The notes: a model not told the origin generated them from the letters alone. 64,000 bases of DNA from an uncultured delta proteobacterium (GCA_963771175.1 CAVYSY010000026.1:64001-128000); one strand, 5' to 3'. Numbered from the stretch's first letter, positions 21,701 to 32,562 are shown. Numbers and translations are program-made.

Positions 21701-22238
21701 CACCAGCAGGTAGTCCGCGCCGCCCTCAGCGCGAGCCCCTCCGCCTGCACGGCGAAGTTGTCGACCAGCTCCTCGAAGGTGATGCCGCCGGTCACGCGAG
21801 ATGGCCTTGGTGGTGGGGCCGATGGAGCCCGCCACCCAGCGCATCCGCCCGTCCTTCGCCTCGGCGGCCGCGGCGGCGTCGCGCGCCAGCTCGGGCGGCC
21901 GACGTTGATCTCGAGCGCCTTGTGCGACAGGCCGAACTCGCCGAGCACCAGCGGCGTGGCGCCGAAGGTGTCCGTCTCCGTCACGTCCGCGCCGGCGCGA
22001 AGTAGTCCGCGTGGATGCTCTCGATGACGTCCGGGCGGGTGAGGACGAGGTGCTCGTTGCAGCCCTCGTACTCGGGCCCGCCGAAGTCCGCCGCCTTGAG
22101 GTTCTGGTTCTGCAGCAGCGTGCCCATGGCGCCGTCCAGCACCAGCACGCGCTCGCGCAGGGCGGCCCGCAGGGCCTCCACGCGGCGGCCGTTCTCACCC
22201 GGGGGAGGAGGAAGAGGTGCGGGAAGGTGGCTGCTCAT
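18710..22238 (-). CDS. metH: Cobalamin-dependent methionine synthase (many indels)
   Basis: [43 protein letters not shown] and [10 protein letters not shown] motifs appear in order over shifting frames. Confidence 0.92.
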
Positions 22239-23132
22239 CGCTGTTTGACTCCGGTGAGAAGGAAGACGCGGAAGGGGCTCGCCCCCTCGCGGGCATGCGT
22301 TTCGCGGGTGAGGGAGCCGAAGCCCACCTCCCGCATGGAGCTCTCGAGCGTCTCCGGCTCGAAGCCGAGGTGCCGGTGGCCCAGCCGCTCCAGCACCCAC
22401 CGCTCGTCGTGGGGCATCAACTCCAGCACCACCAGCCTTGCCCCCGGGCTTGAGGATGCGGGCGGCCTCGGCGCAGCACCGCCGGCGGGGACTCCACGTG
22501 GTGGAGGCTCTGGGAGATGACGACCAGGTCGCGCTCGCCCGTCGGCAGCGACAGCCGGTGCAGGTCCTCGCGCAGGAAGGTGATGTTCGCCTGACCCTCG
22601 CGGGCGACGCGCTCGCGGGCCTGCACCAGCGCGGCCTCGCTCTGGTCGATGGCCCACACCCGACGGGCCCAGCGGGCGATGGCCACCGAGAGCACGCCCG
22701 TGCCGCAGCCGAAGTCCGCCACGTCCAGCGGCGGCAGCAGCGAGGCCAGCGCCCCCGCCCAGAGGAACCAGGACTGCCCCGGCTCCAGCAGCCGCTCGTT
22801 GAGGGCCTGCCGGTCCGCGCGCATGCGCAGCAGGTCCTCGAGCCGGGCGAGGTCGCCCCCGTCGTCCGCGCCTCGCGGGCCAGCAGGATGAGCGGCCAGC
22901 GCGCGTCCGTCGGCTCCAGCGCCAGCGAGTAGTAGGTGAAGCCGGCCTGCCGCTCCTCGCGGATGAGCCCCAGCCCCTTGAGCTTCCCCAGGTGGTGCGA
23001 CACCGAGGACTGCGCCACCCCCACCAGCGACACCAGCTCCGACACGTTCAGCGGCGCCCGCGCCACCAGGCGCAGGATTCGCAGTCGCGTCGGGTCACCC
23101 AGGGCCCGGAAGGATTGGGAGAGTTCCTCCAT
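22235..23132 (-). CDS. sahR: ArsR-HTH + SAM-methyltransferase fusion regulator (SahR/SamR type), indels
   Basis: [11 protein letters not shown]...VSHHL HTH followed by DFGCGTG and SLHH...RILKPGG. ATGA overlap with metH. Confidence 0.8.
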
Positions 23133-23140
23133 ATCGTCGA

Positions 23141-23156
23141 ATCAACATATGTCGAT
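23141..23156. promoter_or_regulatory. Predicted SahR operator
   Basis: Near-perfect palindrome ATCAACATATGTCGAT just upstream of the regulator ATG. It resembles the ATCAA-N6-TTGAT core of SahR sites. Confidence 0.7.
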
Positions 23157-23236
23157 GCGGATCAGAAAGACCAGGGGAGATGCGAAGGGCGACGCGGCGC
23201 GTTGCCCAGTGGGGAACGGTCGTCTAGAGACTGCGC

Positions 23237-24112
23237 ATGGCCGCTCCCACCCTGAATCAACTCCTCGAAGGCAAACGTTTCGGACTCGTCCTTTCCGCCG
23301 GCTATTTCGGCTTCTATGGACACGCGGGCTTCCTCAAGGGGCTGGCGACCACGGGGCTGAAGCCAGCGGCGTACGCGGGCACGAGCGCGGGCGGGCTGGT
23401 CGCCGCCTATGCCGCCGCGGGAGCGAGCGTGCAGGCCATCGAGGAGCTGGTCCTCCAGCAGACGCGGAACAACTTCTGGGACCCGGACCCCATCGGGGCG
23501 GTGCTCAACGCCTTCCCGAGCGATGGCCACGGCGCCACCGGCCTGCTCAAGGGCGAGCGCTTCCGCAAGCTGCTGGAGCGGACGCTGCCGGTGCACAGCT
23601 TCGAGGAGCTGCCCCATCCGCTGCTGCTCGCGTCGGCCAACCTCACCCAGGGCACGCACGAGGTGTTCACCTCGGGCGAGCTGGCGCCGCGGGTGCACGC
23701 CACGTGCGCCTACCCGGGCCTGTTCCGCGCGGTGCGCCTGGGACGAGACCTGTACTGGGACGGCGGGCTGGTGGACAAGGCGCCCGCCCTGTCGATGAGG
23801 GAGAGCGCGTTCGGCAAGGACCTGGACGCCATCCTCGTGCACTACCTGCCGAGCCGCACGCGCAAGATGCTGGGTGGACCCATGGCGTACGCGCAGGGCA
23901 TCGCCGCGGGCTCGGCGGCGCTGCGGCACGACCACTTCCGGCTGCAACTGTCGCTGCTGAAGGAGCGCGGCTTCCCCGTCTACGTGGTGGTGTCCAACCT
24001 GCCGCCGGTGTCGCCCTCGCAGCTGGAGCGCGGCTTCGATGCGCTCCACCAGGCGAAGCTGAGCACCGAGCGCGCCCTGGCGCGCCCTCCGGTGCCCTTC
24101 GAGGAGGCGTGA
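23237..24112 (+). CDS. Patatin-like phospholipase
   Basis: SAGYFGFYGH, GTSAG and DGG motifs. Confidence 0.9.
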   Translation: MAAPTLNQLLEGKRFGLVLSAGYFGFYGHAGFLKGLATTGLKPAAYAGTSAGGLVAAYAAAGASVQAIEELVLQQTRNNFWDPDPIGAVLNAFPSDGHGATGLLKGERFRKLLERTLPVHSFEELPHPLLLASANLTQGTHEVFTSGELAPRVHATCAYPGLFRAVRLGRDLYWDGGLVDKAPALSMRESAFGKDLDAILVHYLPSRTRKMLGGPMAYAQGIAAGSAALRHDHFRLQLSLLKERGFPVYVVVSNLPPVSPSQLERGFDALHQAKLSTERALARPPVPFEEA

Positions 24113-24132
24113 AGAGCTGGATGTTGCAGAAT

Positions 24133-24148
24133 TAGGTCAATCGACCTA
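24133..24148. promoter_or_regulatory. Predicted TetR operator
   Basis: TAGGTC-AATC-GACCTA palindrome 10 bp upstream of the dehydrogenase-TetR operon. Confidence 0.65.
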
Positions 24149-24158
24149 TTTTCCTGGC

Positions 24159-25283
24159 ATGCGAACCCAGGAACAGGAAATCCTCGTGCCGGACACACTC
24201 CGGTGCGCCCCCGAAGGCGCCGTGGTGCTCGTGGGAGGATATGGAGTCGTTGGCGGCGAGGTGGCCCGGATGCTCCGGGCCCGTCACCCCTCGCTGCCAC
24301 TGGTGCTGGCGGGACGGACGCCCTCTCGGGGCGAAGCCCTGGCCAAGGAGGTCGGGGCGACGCTCCTCGCGCTGGACCTCGCGGGTCCGGCGCCACTCGA
24401 CTTCTCCGCACGAGCCGTCGTCTCCCTGGTGAATGATCCCTCGGACCGGCTGCTGCGCGCCTGCATCCGCGCCGGCATCCCCTACGTGGACATCACCCGC
24501 TGGACGGCGCGCGTCCAACAGGCGTTGGCCCTGGTCGCGGTGGAGCCTCCGCGAGCCCCCGTCGTCCTGTCCTCCGGATGGATGGGAGGCGTCGTCCCGC
24601 TGGTGGGCGCGGCGCTGGCCAGCGAGTTGGGGGGCGCGACCTCCATCGACACGTCCATCCTCTACGACCTGGCCGACCGTGCGGGCGAGGACTCCATCGA
24701 GTTCATGGACCGCATGAACTTTGCCTTCGAGGTGACGGAGGACGGACGGCGCCAGGTGGTGGAGCCGCTCACGGAAGCGCGCCACGTCCGGCTCGGGGGC
24801 CAGAACCGCCGGGTGGTCCGACTCGACACGCCCGAGCAGCTCACGCTGCCCCTGGTGCTCGGCGCCCGGACGGTCTCCACACGCATCGGATTCAGCGACG
24901 GTTCGGCCACGCTCGCGCTCCAGGCCCTCCAGGGGTTGGGAGTCTTCCACCTGCTCCGGGGGGAGCGCTTCCGGGGCCTGCGCCGAGCCCTGTTGCGCAG
25001 CTCGGGCCGGGGCGGGAGGGCCGTGCTCCACATCGAGGTCTCCCGGGGTGGCGAGTCGCGCTCGGCCGAGCTGGTGGATGCTCGGGGACAGGCCCACCTG
25101 ACCGCTGCGGGAGCCACGCTGGCGTTGGAGCGCGCACTGGGACTGGATGGGGACGCGCCGCCCCGAGGCATCGCCTTCCCGGAGCAGAGCACGTCCCCCG
25201 GACGCGCGGTCGAGGCGCTGCGCTCGCTGGGCGTGGAGATCGAGCTACGCTCCGGCGCGAACACGGAGAAACGGGCGGCATGA
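24159..25283 (+). CDS. Saccharopine dehydrogenase-like NAD(P)-binding oxidoreductase
   Basis: VGGYGVVG...LAGR Rossmann fold, PYVDI, and GQAHLTA...PE C-terminus. Confidence 0.75.
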   Translation: MRTQEQEILVPDTLRCAPEGAVVLVGGYGVVGGEVARMLRARHPSLPLVLAGRTPSRGEALAKEVGATLLALDLAGPAPLDFSARAVVSLVNDPSDRLLRACIRAGIPYVDITRWTARVQQALALVAVEPPRAPVVLSSGWMGGVVPLVGAALASELGGATSIDTSILYDLADRAGEDSIEFMDRMNFAFEVTEDGRRQVVEPLTEARHVRLGGQNRRVVRLDTPEQLTLPLVLGARTVSTRIGFSDGSATLALQALQGLGVFHLLRGERFRGLRRALLRSSGRGGRAVLHIEVSRGGESRSAELVDARGQAHLTAAGATLALERALGLDGDAPPRGIAFPEQSTSPGRAVEALRSLGVEIELRSGANTEKRAA

Positions 25284-25891
25284 GCACGCGAGGCACCTCA
25301 CGAAAGGGACAGGAGCGAAGCGAGGCCATCCTCGACGAGGCGGAGCGGCTGCTCGTGGACGAGGGACATGCGGCCCTCACCCTGCGTGGGGTGGCCCAGC
25401 GCGCCGGCATCCGGCTGGGCAACCTCCAGTATTACTTCGCCACCCGCGAGGAGCTGGTGCGGGCCCTGCTCGCACGCGTCCTGGAGCGGGCGACAGCACG
25501 GCTCGAGGAGCGGATGGGCACCGCGGGACATCCGGCCAAGGCGCTCGACGCGGCGCTGGATTCACTGTTGGAGGAGCAGAGGGAGCCCACCAGCTACCGG
25601 CTCTATTACGACCTGTGGGCGTTGGCGGCACGAGAGCCCGCCATCGCCGCGGAGCTCCGGACCTTCTACGTCTGTTACATCGATGCGGTGGCGGAGCTGC
25701 TGAGCCGGGTGGCCCCGGAACTGCCCCGCGCCGAGGCTCGCTCGCGAGCGGAGCTGCTGGTGGCCCTGTTGGAGGGACTCTCGCTCTTCCGCTCCGGGAC
25801 GCTCGGCGAGCCCGACCCGAAGGTGGAGGCCGAGCTGCGGCGCATGACCTCCTGGCTCACCTCCACGCCCCAACGCACTCAGCGCCCGTAG
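25280..25891 (+). CDS. TetR family regulator
   Basis: LTLRGVAQRAGIRLGNLQYYFATREEL HTH. ATG 25280 overlaps the upstream stop. Confidence 0.9.
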   Translation: MSTRGTSRKGQERSEAILDEAERLLVDEGHAALTLRGVAQRAGIRLGNLQYYFATREELVRALLARVLERATARLEERMGTAGHPAKALDAALDSLLEEQREPTSYRLYYDLWALAAREPAIAAELRTFYVCYIDAVAELLSRVAPELPRAEARSRAELLVALLEGLSLFRSGTLGEPDPKVEAELRRMTSWLTSTPQRTQRP

Positions 25892-26320
25892 CGCCGGTGG
25901 TCCACCATCAGGCAGCGGTCCTGCACGACCTTGATGCCCGCCTCGGCCAGCCGCCGGGCCGCCACGTCGTTGCGGATGCCCGACTGGAACCACACCGCCT
26001 TGGGCTTCTTGGCGAGGATGTCGTCCACGTGCTGGTCGATGTCCTGCGGTCGCCGGAACACGTCCACCAGGTCCAGGTCGCCCGGAATGTCCACCAGCCT
26101 CCGGAACACCGGCCTCCCGAGGATGTGCGTCACGTCCGGGTAGTAGACGGGCACCGGCACCACGTCCACGCCCGCCTGCGCCAGGTACTGCGGCACGTAG
26201 AAGGCCGGCTGGCCCTCCTGCTGCTCCGTCTTGATGCCCAGCACCGCCACGCGCTTGCTCGCCTGCACCACCGCGCGGATGCCCGCCTCGTCCTCGATGA
26301 GGTTCTGCTCGTGAGCTCAT
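25879..26320 (-). CDS. CoA-binding protein (YccU-like), one extra base near start
   Basis: VAVLG, DLVDVFRR, VWFQSGI and VVQDRC motifs. ATG 26320 comes into frame if one T is removed. Confidence 0.85.
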
Positions 26321-27222
26321 CGCTGCTCCTCCTCGGGCGCCTGCAGCGACTCCAGTGCCGACTGCGTTGCCCACGTCCAGGTCTCGCCATCCAACGTCGC
26401 CCGCAGAGTGAGCCCGCGCCGCACCGGCAGGAAGCGCCCCTTCCCGAGCAACTGTTCTCCCTCGCACTGAACTCCCGGCGTCAGTTCGGGATACCCCAGC
26501 TGCCACAGGGACTGGCGCACCTCCGCGGGCAACCGCTCCACGGGCTCGTCCAGGCAGCGCAGCGTGAGCACCACCGCCTCGCCGTACTCGGTGAGCAGCG
26601 TCCCCGTGAAGGTGCGCTCCAGCAGGTACGTCACCTCGCGTCCGCCCAGCGGCACCGTGCCCACCACGTAGGTCCGTCCCCCCGGCTCCAGGGCCTGCCC
26701 GTAGAGGTTCCCGTACTTCACCTCCCACTCGTCGCGAGTGCGCGCATCCAGCACCTCCGGGGCGAAGAAGCGCTCCAGCGACGAGGCGTCCAGGTCCGAC
26801 GGAGTCACCTCCTTCAGCGCCGTCAGCGCGGCGCCCGGCTCCACCACCTGGATGTAGGTGCCATCCGCCGCGAGCCGCACGCGCAGGGGGAAGCGAGTGA
26901 GGACATCCTCTACCAGCGTCTCCACCGGAGTCCCGTCCAGCGAGTAGTGCGCCCGAATCACACGCTGGGTGAGGAGCCAACCCGCCGGATCCGGAGAGAA
27001 GCGCGTGACGGTGGCCATCTCCGCCTCCTGAACGCCCGGCGCGCCACTCCGGCGCACGGAGCTCTTCACCGTCTCGGAGAGGACCGAGTCGCCGGGAGGA
27101 AGGAACTCGAGCCGCAGGGGTGGCGGGGTTCCCAAAGCGGGCACCAGGGAGGGGATGTTGCGGCTGCACGCGGCGGCCGAGACCGCGAGGAGCAGCAGGG
27201 AGCACAGGCGGTGGATACGCAT
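26317..27222 (-). CDS. Hypothetical lipoprotein
   Basis: MRIHRLCSLLLLAVSAAAC lipobox and good GC3 codon usage. Confidence 0.7.
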   Translation of the reverse strand: MRIHRLCSLLLLAVSAAACSRNIPSLVPALGTPPPLRLEFLPPGDSVLSETVKSSVRRSGAPGVQEAEMATVTRFSPDPAGWLLTQRVIRAHYSLDGTPVETLVEDVLTRFPLRVRLAADGTYIQVVEPGAALTALKEVTPSDLDASSLERFFAPEVLDARTRDEWEVKYGNLYGQALEPGGRTYVVGTVPLGGREVTYLLERTFTGTLLTEYGEAVVLTLRCLDEPVERLPAEVRQSLWQLGYPELTPGVQCEGEQLLGKGRFLPVRRGLTLRATLDGETWTWATQSALESLQAPEEEQR

Positions 27223-27305
27223 GACGTGCGCGAACGCTGGCAGAAAGCGCCGGGACTCGCGAGCGCTTCGACACGGCGAGAGCAACCACGCCCCGGTCAC
27301 GCACC

Positions 27306-28187
27306 TCATTGGTCGAAGTCGAACGTGCACAACCCGGGGTTGTCCTTCCATACTCCCGAGCACTTCTCCAGGGGCCCGCAGGTGCCCGGCGCATCCGAGT
27401 TGCAGCTCTGGATGCAGCGACCGCGCAGGCAAGAGGAGCCCTCGGGACACGGCCGCGCTTGGGCGTCGCATTCAAGCAGGCATCTCATTCCCACGACATT
27501 TCGTGATTTCTTCACCGCGACTTCGCATATCTGACCCGTCGGACAGGGAGTGAGCTGGCAATCCGTTCCTTTCACCAGCGCGCAAATCGATATTCCGTGC
27601 TCCAGTGCGACACATCGTTGTCCCTCGGGGCACGAGCGCCCCTCGCAGGTGGGTAGACACACGGGTCCCTTCACATCCGCGGCACTACAAAAATAGCCCT
27701 CGGGACAACTCCGGGGCGCTTGGGGTTGGCAGGGACGGCGGCATCTCTGATGCGTACACATCAAATCTGGCGCGCACGCCATGCCGCGCGAATAGGGCAG
27801 TTCCATGCATAACTCCCCTTCCGCCAGCTCACCTGGAGCACCACACAGGCGCAACACGCGCTCTCCCGCCGCGATGGAATGGCAGGAGAGGCCTCGGCTA
27901 CAGTCCGCATCCGTCGCACAGGTGCTCGCCAGACAGGCGTGATCCAACATGAGCTGGTCACGAAGGCAGGCGAGCGGGGCATCGCAGTCCTCATTCCTTT
28001 CGCAGGGCCTCTCGAAGGTGAGCAGTCGCCTCGTCTCGTCGGGAGGGAGTATCGGGACGAACTTGCTTCCATCCTCGCGCGCGATGGGCGCCTTCCATCC
28101 GCCCCAGAGCAGCCTGCTCGAAGCCCAGATCAAGGGAACCGGCAGCAAAACCCCCAACAGAATGGCGAGCCCTGCACGCCATTTCAT
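27306..28187 (-). CDS. Membrane-anchored Cys-rich repeat protein (copy 1)
   Basis: N-terminal hydrophobic anchor MKWRAGLAILLGVLLPVPLIW, then dense C..D.DC / CPEG..C repeats. Confidence 0.75.
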   Translation of the reverse strand: MKWRAGLAILLGVLLPVPLIWASSRLLWGGWKAPIAREDGSKFVPILPPDETRRLLTFERPCERNEDCDAPLACLRDQLMLDHACLASTCATDADCSRGLSCHSIAAGERVLRLCGAPGELAEGELCMELPYSRGMACAPDLMCTHQRCRRPCQPQAPRSCPEGYFCSAADVKGPVCLPTCEGRSCPEGQRCVALEHGISICALVKGTDCQLTPCPTGQICEVAVKKSRNVVGMRCLLECDAQARPCPEGSSCLRGRCIQSCNSDAPGTCGPLEKCSGVWKDNPGLCTFDFDQ

Positions 28188-28415
28188 TGCCGGTCCCTTT
28201 CCTTCATCCCCTTGATGCATCTTTCCATGCACTCATCGAAGTCGTCGGGCCCACACAAGGCATCAACGGCCGCAGACTGGCAGCGTCCACGGATCAGCTT
28301 ATCCATTCTCGTCCCTGAACAAGGCTTGATGGAGCACCCCCGCGCCCCCGCCCACGGGGCACCCCGTCTCGAGCGCCACCACCAGCATCCATGCGGCTGC
28401 GTTCACGCGGTTCAT
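28184..28415 (-). CDS. Small lipoprotein (~76 aa) with C-x8-C-x7-C-x3-C, one extra base near 28307 (copy 1)
   Basis: Reconstructed as MNRVNAAAWMLVVALETGCPVGGGAGVLHQALFRDEMDKLIRGRCQSAAVDALCGPDDFDECMERCIKGMKERDRQ. ATGA overlap with the Cys-rich gene. Confidence 0.6.
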
Positions 28416-28612
28416 CAACCCGTCCCTCCAGACGCCTTGGAGGTATGAGCCTACATGCTGGAACCGGGCTGAATCCACGGTGCCGTGGAAGAAGCGGAGA
28501 CCACGCCGCATCTCCGGAGTCACCTCCTCCGAAATGACTACACGAGTAGGTTTCTCCTTGCCCCCACGAATGGGCATCCCCTAACCTGCGCGCCTGCCCC
28601 GAAAGTCCCCGC

Positions 28613-29450
28613 GTGCGCCCAGGTTCCTGGCTTCTCTTCCTGTCCCTCCTGCTCTCCGCTCCGGCCGCCGCGCAGGTCCGGTTGGATTCTCCCTGGCTCC
28701 GGCGGCGCCTGCTGGTGGCCCCTGTCAGGCCCGATCAGGTACCGCCCCTGGAGCTGCGGGTGGCGGGCCGGCGTGGCCGCGCTCGTCATGCTCGAAGCGC
28801 CTCTGAGTCTCGGGGCCGTGAGGCTTCCCGTGGACGAGAAGCGCATCCAGCTCGTTCCGATGAGCGACGGCTCGCTGATCATCGTCCCCACCACGGACCT
28901 GGCCGAGGGTGAGCAGGTCCCCCTCACCGTGGAGGCCGGACCCGGTGCCGAGCCCCTCCGCTTCGTGCTCGTCACCGGGCGCGACGCGGTGGACCTCCAG
29001 GTTCGCGTGGTGAAAGGCGAGCCCTCCGCCGACGAGGCCGCCCTGGAGCCCCTGGCCCGGAGCCTCCTCGCCGCGCCAGATAGCCGCGCCACGCTCGCCC
29101 TTCCCCAGGAGACGGTGGACCTCCAGCCACGAGCCTCGCGGGGAGAGGTCGAGGCCCTGCTCTGGATGGAGCGGCGCTTCTTCGCCACCGTGGCCGTGCG
29201 CAGCCGCAGGAAGGGGGCGCCCCCGTGGAGTCTGGTGCAGGCGCGCCTGCGGGCGACACTCGCGGACGGCGTCCTCCTGGAATGGCCCGCGCACCTGGTC
29301 TCGGGAGCGGCGGGGTCGATACGCCAGCGCCACATCCTGACGGGTGTCCTCCCGGAAGGCGCCTCGCGGCTGGAGCTGGCGCTGGACGGAAAGGACTCGC
29401 CCGGGGCCTTCCAACCGCTCCCCCTCGAAGAAGCGCGGGTGCGCCCATGA
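28613..29450 (+). CDS. DUF2381-type myxobacterial secreted protein (frameshift near 28765)
   Basis: Signal peptide, then ELRVA.G..ALV..EAPL, LTV...G....FVLV....VDLQVRV and PW...QARL. Directly precedes a kinase. Confidence 0.7.
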
Positions 29451-31331
29451 GCCCGCCACTGCATCCCAACCAGACTTCGCGCGGGGCACTGGATACGGGA
29501 CTTCCTCGTCGTGCGCCGGTTGGGCGTCGGGGGTTTCGCCTTCGTCTTCCTGGTGGAGCGCGAGGGCCGCCGCCATTCGCTGAAGATGGCGGCCCGATCC
29601 GCCTCGGAAAAGGACGAGGACCGGGTGGATGACTGGATACGCCGCGAGGCGGCCTCGCTGGAGCACCTGGAGCATCCCCACCTGCTGCCGGTACTCGAGT
29701 GGGGCCGTTGGCCCGACCCGGAGAAGGGCTACGCCTACTTCGTCACTCCCCATGTCGCCGGGAGCACCTTCCACGTCTGGCGCTGGCGCGAGCGTGTCAC
29801 ACTGCATCGGGCCGTGGGCGTGCTGTGCGAGTTCTTGAAGACGCTCGAGGTGCTGCACGAGCGCGGCATCTGCCACCGGGACATCAAGGCGGAGAACCTG
29901 CTGGTGCGCGAGGGAGATGACACTCCCTTCCTCATCGACTTCGGCGCGGTGCACCTGCCCTGGGCGCGCGTGCTGACGGAGGGACTGGCCCCGGGGACGC
30001 TCCATTGCCAGCCGCCCGAGGCCGTCTTCTTCCTGGCGTCCCTGCTGTCGGGCACGCCTCCCCGGGACGCGCGGCTGGAGGCCCGCCCCTCCGCGGACCT
30101 GTATGCCGTGGGCGTGCTGCTGTACGAGCTCCTCACCAACTGCCGTCCCTTCAGCACCCGGGTGCCACTGGAGCAGGTGCTGGCGGCCATCGCCTCCACG
30201 CCGCCCCTGGAGCCGGGGCGGCTCGCGCCCGATGCACCCGAGTCACTGTGCGGGCTGGCCCTGCGGCTGCTGGCGAAGGAGCCCGCGCAGCGCCCTCCGA
30301 GTGCCCGCGCCGTGCGCGAGGAGCTGGAGCGGCTGCTCGAAGAAGAGGGGCGCACAGCACCCTGGCGGGCTCCGGCGAAGCGTCCCTCCGAGTGCGCGCG
30401 GGTGCGGGAGCTGTTCCCGGACGTGGACATGCTGGAGGAGCCTCGGGAGGAACCCTCGGAGCCGGAGCCCTCCGCTCCTCGGGAAGCCCTTCCGCCGGCG
30501 CGCGTCGGGTGGGCGGGAAGGCGGCTGTGGCGCTTCGTCGCGCTGGCCCTCGGGCTGGGGGTGCTCGGGATAGGGTGGACGCTCCTCCGCGCGCAACAGG
30601 CTCCTCCTCGGGAGGACGGCTGGCGCGCGGAGCCCACCGCGCCGGCCGCTCCGGCGCATTCCGAGAAAGGAACACAGCCCGTGCCTACCTCTTCCCACTC
30701 CGAACCCCCCGTGACAACTCCCCCCCGCTCCCCGGAGGGCTCGCGCGTGTGCGCGCTGCTCACCAGCCTGCTGGGAGCGGCCACCGCGCAGTTCCTCGGG
30801 TGTGCCACCACTCCCACGCGGCCCGACCCCATCGGCTACCTCGCGCGCTGCTCCCCCGAGGCCCGCGCCACCCCCGTCAAGCTGGGCATCAAGCCCGACG
30901 AGCAGGGCTCCTTCCTGGAGACGGGCACCGCGGTATCGGATGAATCCATCGAGGAGGGAGGCGCCCTCAACCTCAAGCCGGGCCCCGTCACCGCGTCCAT
31001 GCTGGTGGAGTTGAAGGGCAAGGAGCAGTACGTGAAGATCACCGGCGAGGCGGTGACGACCCCCAACCGCGTCTACATCCAGCTCGACCGGCTGTACCTG
31101 CCGGACGGCACGTCGCATCCCATCTGCGGTGTGGCGCTGGATGGCAAGCACCAGTACGGAATCCCCACGTACGCGAGGCTGCCCATGCATGGCGCCAAGG
31201 TGGACCCGGCCCGAGTGGACAAGAGCCCCGGCAGCGTGGTGCTCAACGACCCGCGCTTCGAGACGGTGTTGCAGGGGCCGGAGGGCTACTACATGCCTCG
31301 CGTCGACCTGGCCCCGCCGGACCGGCGCTGA
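29447..31331 (+). CDS. Hanks-type Ser/Thr protein kinase with TM segment and C-terminal domain (indel near start)
   Basis: GVGGFAFV, HRDIKAEN, DFG, GT..CQPPE and DLYAVG motifs. TM segment LWRFVALALGLGVLGIGWTLL. Confidence 0.92.
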
Positions 31332-31415
31332 GTCCTTCCGCTCGGGCCCTTCGGGACCGCGGCGCTCCCTGCGCCGCGTGTCTCCGGGAGGAAGACCGGG
31401 CGCGGTGCATGCGTC

Positions 31416-32294
31416 TCATTTGTCGAGGTCGAACATGCACCACCCGGGTTCGTCCTCCGACAACCCCGCACACTCCTCCAAGGGCCCGCAGGTGCCCGGC
31501 GCATCCGAGTTGCACCGCTTCAGGCAGAAGCGACCCAGGCACGAGAGGCCCTCGGGGCACGATCGCGCCTGGGGGCTGCATGAAAACCTGCATCCCATCC
31601 ACACCTCATTTCGTGACTCCTGGGCCGCGATATCGCATTGCTGACCCGCCGGGCAGGGATTGAGCTGGCAATCCATTCCTCGCACCCGCGCGCAAATCGA
31701 TACTCCATGCTCCAGGGCCACGCATCGTTGTCCCTCGGGGCAGGAGCGCCCCTGGCAGGTCGGAAGACACACGGAGCCCCTCGCATCCGCGGCATGGCAG
31801 GAGTACCCCTCGGAACAACTCTGGGGCTCCTGGGGTCGGCAGGGGCGTCGGCATTTCTTGTGTGTACACCTCAGATCTGGCGCGCACGCCATGCGCCGGA
31901 AGCGGGGCAGTTCCTGGCAAAACTCCCCCTCCGCGATCTCACCTGGAGCGCCACACAGGCGCAACACGCGTTCACCCGCTGCGATTGAATAGCAGGAGAG
32001 GCCCTGGCTACAGTCCGCATCCGTTGCACAGGTGCTCGCCACACAGGCTCTTCCAACATGAACTGGCCGGCAAGCAGACGAGCGGGGCGTCGCAGTCTTC
32101 ATCCCCTTTGCAGGCTCTCTCAAAGGTGAGCAGCCGTCTCGTCTCGTCGGGTGGGAGCATGGGCACGAACCTGCGGCCATCCTCGCGTGTGGCGGGCGCG
32201 TTCCATCCGCCCAGTAGCAGCCTGCTCGAGGCCCAGATCAGGGAAGCGGGAGCAGAAACACCCACAGGACAGCAAGCCGGGCACGCCACTTGAT
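31416..32294 (-). pseudogene. Cys-rich repeat protein, copy 2 (ATG->ATC, indels)
   Basis: Collinear with 27306-28187 (LPPDETRRLLTFER, CATDADC, CPEGQRCVALEHG, CNSDAPGTCGPLE). Confidence 0.75.
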
Positions 32295-32519
32295 CTCCGG
32301 GCCCTTCGCTCCTGCTCCTGTGCGCATTCCGCCAGGCACGCGTGGAAATCCTTACTCCCACACAATGTCTTCGACATCCGCAGGCTGGCAACTGTCACGC
32401 GCCAGTCTTCCGTCCTCATCCATGAGCAGGGCCTGGAGCACCCCCGCCTCGCCGCCCACAGGGCACCCCGACTCGAGCATCAACACCAGCATCCATGCTG
32501 CTGCGTACACGCGGTTGAT
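32291..32519 (-). pseudogene. Small lipoprotein, copy 2 (ATG->ATC, indels)
   Basis: (I)NRVYAAAWMLVLMLESGCPVGGEAGVLQALL...CQPADVETLCGSKDFHACLAEC, with the same Cys spacing as copy 1. Confidence 0.65.
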
Positions 32520-32562
32520 CAGCCGCTGACTTCTCGAGGGCCATGAGCCTAGAACTCGAAGC

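Noticed and set aside
19340..22000. Programmed frameshifting in metH
   Set aside because: Too many irregular indels and no slippery-site pattern; best explained by sequencing error.
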